Assembly (NCBI GenBank): GCA_947629315.1
Contig: CANRDB010000001.1
Span: forward strand, 4,829-68,828
DNA from: an uncultured Bacilli bacterium
Lineage (GTDB): Bacteria; Bacillota_I; Bacilli_A; RF39; UBA660
DNA: 64,000 nucleotides
Direction of reading: 5' to 3'
Part shown: piece after piece, positions 61,042-64,000 of the stretch
Layout of the letters: every line of letters starts with the position of its first letter
Numbering within the stretch: position 1 is the first letter of the stretch
Notes under the pieces: model-generated
The model's input: only the letters and a program-made list of their open reading frames with translations
What the model was told of the DNA's origin: nothing
Databases searched by the model: none
Made by a program: the position numbers and the translations under genes

Positions 61042-62232
61042 TTATTTTAATTTTCCCTTTACCCCTTTAATTCCTTTAGATCCCATCACATATCCACTTA
61101 AGATGTTCGTATCAAAAACATAGATTTTCTTCTGTTTTTCTTTATAATCTTTAATAGCTAAAGTAATCATATCATCTAAAAGTTCTTGATATTTCTTACC
61201 AGTAGGTTCCCAAAGATAGAATGATAAACTACCTGGAATTGTGTTTGGTTCATTTAAATATACCTTTTTAGTTTCTTTGTCAATCAAAAAATCAATTCTA
61301 CAAACGCCACTTAAATTGAGCGCTCGAAAGGCTTCACAAGCTAAATCTCTAACTTCCTTCGTCATATGATGGTCAATCCGCGCTGGAATAATTCTACTAG
61401 CACTCGCCATACCTTTGCTTGCCTTTCCTTTTCCACCACCGATATATTTATCCTGATAAGTTAAGAAATCATCTGTCGATAGTACTTCTTCTATCTCACT
61501 CGTTTCTTGATGAGCATAATTACCAAGAACACTACAATTGACCTCTACTAAATTAGGAACGGCTTTTTCAACCACTATCTTTTGATCGTATTGTATAGCA
61601 GTTTCAATAGCTCCTGGTAAATCTTTATCCTTTTTCACAAAAGTAATCCCCACACTACTTCCCAATGTCGCTGGTTTTACGATGACAGGAAGTCCTAATT
61701 TTTGAATTTTTTTAATAATATCGTTAGAGGATTCTGCATATTCTGTATCATAGAACCAAACATAATCGACAATTGGTAAATTCATAGAGGCAAATACTTG
61801 TTTCATCACTACCTTATCTTGACCTAGAGCAGAACCTAAAACACCACTTCCTACAGTTGGAATTCCTATCGTTTTCAAATATCCATGAAGAGTTCCATCC
61901 TCTACATTATTTCCATGAACAATTGGAAAAGCAACATCTAATTCTGTGATATTTTTACGGAATAATCCCTTTTGCTTTTGAAGGTAGAATTTTCCATTTT
62001 TAGAAACTAGCACACAAGGAATTGCATATTTTTTCAAATCCGTAAAGTCTTTATATACTTCGATATCTAAAAGCATATGACCAGTATACCATGTACGGTC
62101 TTTCGCGATATAAATTGGTACAATGTCATACTTATCATGATTCATATTTTCGATAGCTTGTAAAGCAGAAATAATACTAACTTCGTGTTCTACTGTTTCT
62201 CCTCCAAAAATAACACCAACTTTAATTCTCAT
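61042..62232 (-). CDS. ddl: D-alanine--D-alanine ligase-like ATP-grasp enzyme
   Basis: MRIKVGVIFGGETVEHEVSIISALQ..., an ATP-grasp fold, and a C-terminal extension (396 aa). Confidence 0.65.
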   Translation of the reverse strand: MRIKVGVIFGGETVEHEVSIISALQAIENMNHDKYDIVPIYIAKDRTWYTGHMLLDIEVYKDFTDLKKYAIPCVLVSKNGKFYLQKQKGLFRKNITELDVAFPIVHGNNVEDGTLHGYLKTIGIPTVGSGVLGSALGQDKVVMKQVFASMNLPIVDYVWFYDTEYAESSNDIIKKIQKLGLPVIVKPATLGSSVGITFVKKDKDLPGAIETAIQYDQKIVVEKAVPNLVEVNCSVLGNYAHQETSEIEEVLSTDDFLTYQDKYIGGGKGKASKGMASASRIIPARIDHHMTKEVRDLACEAFRALNLSGVCRIDFLIDKETKKVYLNEPNTIPGSLSFYLWEPTGKKYQELLDDMITLAIKDYKEKQKKIYVFDTNILSGYVMGSKGIKGVKGKLK

Positions 62233-62244
62233 AACATCACTCCT

Positions 62245-63828
62245 TTATTCATTAAATAAATCTGGTAAATCATTTTCCAATAATACATAAGTTTCTTCTT
62301 TTTTTATCTTCTGGATGAGTGGAAAAGCTTGTTTTACATCCTTTAAGACATAAATGTGATTTTCATTAAATTTTGCCTCTAACAAGCCTTCATAAATGGG
62401 TTTCGTTTGTTCTTCGCCAACTAGGATAGCATAATCTACCTGTTCTGCAATTTCCATCCCTAATTTTTTATTCTCTTCCCATTGTTTTTCTCCTAATTCA
62501 ATCATTCCAGGAGTAACCACAATCTTTTCACCTGGCATCATTCCTAAAACCTCTAAAGCATCTTTCGCACCTACTGGATTAGAGTTATAGGCATCATCAA
62601 TGATATATAAATTTCCTATTAATTTTAATTCTAAACGATGTTCTACTGGCTGCAAACGACTAACTGCCCTTTTTAAATCTTCTATACTAATACCTAATTT
62701 ATATCCCAATAAAACACCCTGTAAAATATTATAAATATTATGTTTTCCTAACAATTTTGTACGAAAAGAATAGACGTTACTATCTCCTTTGAAATGGACA
62801 TCAAAGCAACTTCCCTCGCTAGAAAGTTTAATATTCGTAGCATAGGCATCTACTTTATGATTCGTAATTCCTACCCAATATAGTGCACATTTATTTTTTA
62901 CTGGATACTGAAGTTGATAGACATCATCTCCATTTAAAACAGCAAAACCATTCTCTGGAAGAGATTCCACTAGTTCAAACTTTCCTTCTTGAATGTTTTG
63001 TTGACTACCAAAACTTTCCAAATGGGCCTCTCCAATGACCGTTAAGACTCCATAAGTTGGTTTCATTAATCGACAGGTAGCAGCAATTTCTCCCTTTTTG
63101 AAAGCACCCATCTCCGCAATAAAATAATCTTCAAATTTATCGAGATAATTATTAATAGAATTAATCAGTCCATAAGGAGTATTAAAATTTTTAGGACTAA
63201 CAAACGTATTATATTTAATACTCAATATCTCATAAATAATATTTTTACTACTCGTCTTGCCATAACTACCAGTTACTCCAATGACGGGAATATGATACTC
63301 ATTCATTTTCTTCATAGCCTGTTTTTTATAATGCCAATAAACACATTTCTCGATAGGAATATTAAAAACATTCGCTACAGCAACGACAAAGTAAGATAAG
63401 TAGGTCAAAAGTCCTAAAAATAAATAATCCCATAAAAGATTCTGTTCACAGTAAGTAATGGACATGAACCCAATGATTAAGAAATAAATAAGAAAAATGG
63501 TAATCATTAATCTTTTGACACGAGATGTCACCACCAATGGTTTTTTTACTTGTTCTTTATTTCTTCGGGCATTATACTCTGCCGCTAATAAGAAATAAAA
63601 AACACCAAAAATAATTGCTGGAAGATATCCATTTAGAAAAAATAGAAAAGTCAAGATTGGAAACCATATATCTAATTCCAACCACACTTTTTTTGGATTC
63701 TTAAATATCCATAGAAAATATCTCCGCGATTCATCATAGTAATTTTGTTGTAACATATGAATTGCTTTTTTTAGTTTAAATAGGGTAAAAATCAAATATG
63801 GTACTAAGGAAATTAGAAATAAAGTCAT
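62245..63828 (-). CDS. murF: MurF-like Mur ligase (UDP-MurNAc-tripeptide--D-Ala-D-Ala ligase family) with an unusual N-terminal about 170-aa polytopic membrane extension
   Basis: P-loop GVTGSYGKTSSK at about residue 187, and C-terminal IIDDAYNSNP. The N-terminal 4-5 hydrophobic helices are not part of canonical MurF. Confidence 0.6.
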   Translation of the reverse strand: MTLFLISLVPYLIFTLFKLKKAIHMLQQNYYDESRRYFLWIFKNPKKVWLELDIWFPILTFLFFLNGYLPAIIFGVFYFLLAAEYNARRNKEQVKKPLVVTSRVKRLMITIFLIYFLIIGFMSITYCEQNLLWDYLFLGLLTYLSYFVVAVANVFNIPIEKCVYWHYKKQAMKKMNEYHIPVIGVTGSYGKTSSKNIIYEILSIKYNTFVSPKNFNTPYGLINSINNYLDKFEDYFIAEMGAFKKGEIAATCRLMKPTYGVLTVIGEAHLESFGSQQNIQEGKFELVESLPENGFAVLNGDDVYQLQYPVKNKCALYWVGITNHKVDAYATNIKLSSEGSCFDVHFKGDSNVYSFRTKLLGKHNIYNILQGVLLGYKLGISIEDLKRAVSRLQPVEHRLELKLIGNLYIIDDAYNSNPVGAKDALEVLGMMPGEKIVVTPGMIELGEKQWEENKKLGMEIAEQVDYAILVGEEQTKPIYEGLLEAKFNENHIYVLKDVKQAFPLIQKIKKEETYVLLENDLPDLFNE

Positions 63829-63836
63829 ACCATCAC

Positions 63837-64000
63837 CTAACTTTCTAAAAACACTCTCACAACATTAATCGTCCTTTTTAATCCCTCTAAATATGCATAG
63901 TGACTTCCTCCAGGATAGAGAATGACACCCGCATCTCGAATCAATTTTTCTAATTCATAAGCACATTCTAAAGGAACTGCTTCATCCTGATCTCCCCATA
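63837..64000 (-). CDS. Alpha/beta hydrolase-like protein, C-terminal end only (5' end off window)
   Basis: Minus-strand translation ...WGDQDEAVPLECAYELEKLIRDAGVILYPGGSHYAYLEGLKRTINVVRVFLES*. Confidence 0.4.
   Translation of the reverse strand, partial: WGDQDEAVPLECAYELEKLIRDAGVILYPGGSHYAYLEGLKRTINVVRVFLES

Overview
AT-rich (about one-third GC) chromosomal segment from a low-GC Gram-positive endospore-forming bacterium, judged from spoIIIAH, gerE, gerM-like and ftsK/spoIIIE genes, frequent TTG starts and a T-box leader. Most of the window is ordinary backbone, mostly on the minus strand: a U32 peptidase (partial), rny, recA, mreCD, radC, ftsK, eno, serS with its T-box leader, a CDF transporter, polA, prs, cinA-C, a MacB-type ABC transporter with a MarR regulator, an SDR oxidoreductase, ddl/murF-like genes and two tRNA-Arg genes. 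The main unusual feature lies at about 18.4-30.9 kb. A BclA-like collagen-like (GPT-repeat) spore-surface glycoprotein gene sits next to a GT2-TPR glycosyltransferase. It appears to be split into four pieces by three tandem mini-elements of about 4.4, 2.8 and 3.3 kb. Each element carries its own large serine recombinase and one or two cargo genes. All junctions fall on a GCAACTGG/ACTG motif inside the GXX repeats. Removing the three elements at homologous junction positions restores one continuous in-frame 798-nt collagen-like ORF. This looks like a skin/sigK-type developmentally excised intervening-element system, but triplicated within a single exosporium-type gene. Immediately upstream is an unusually long (about 1,226 aa) divergent SecA paralogue broken by a single-base frameshift in an A-run. 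Other accessory content: an operon of membrane-anchored putative proteases (S1-like, HExxH, C11) with paralogous proline-rich N-terminal modules next to a class B sortase, and a MurF-like ligase with a polytopic N-terminal membrane extension. No rRNA, CRISPR or classical IS/transposase was seen.
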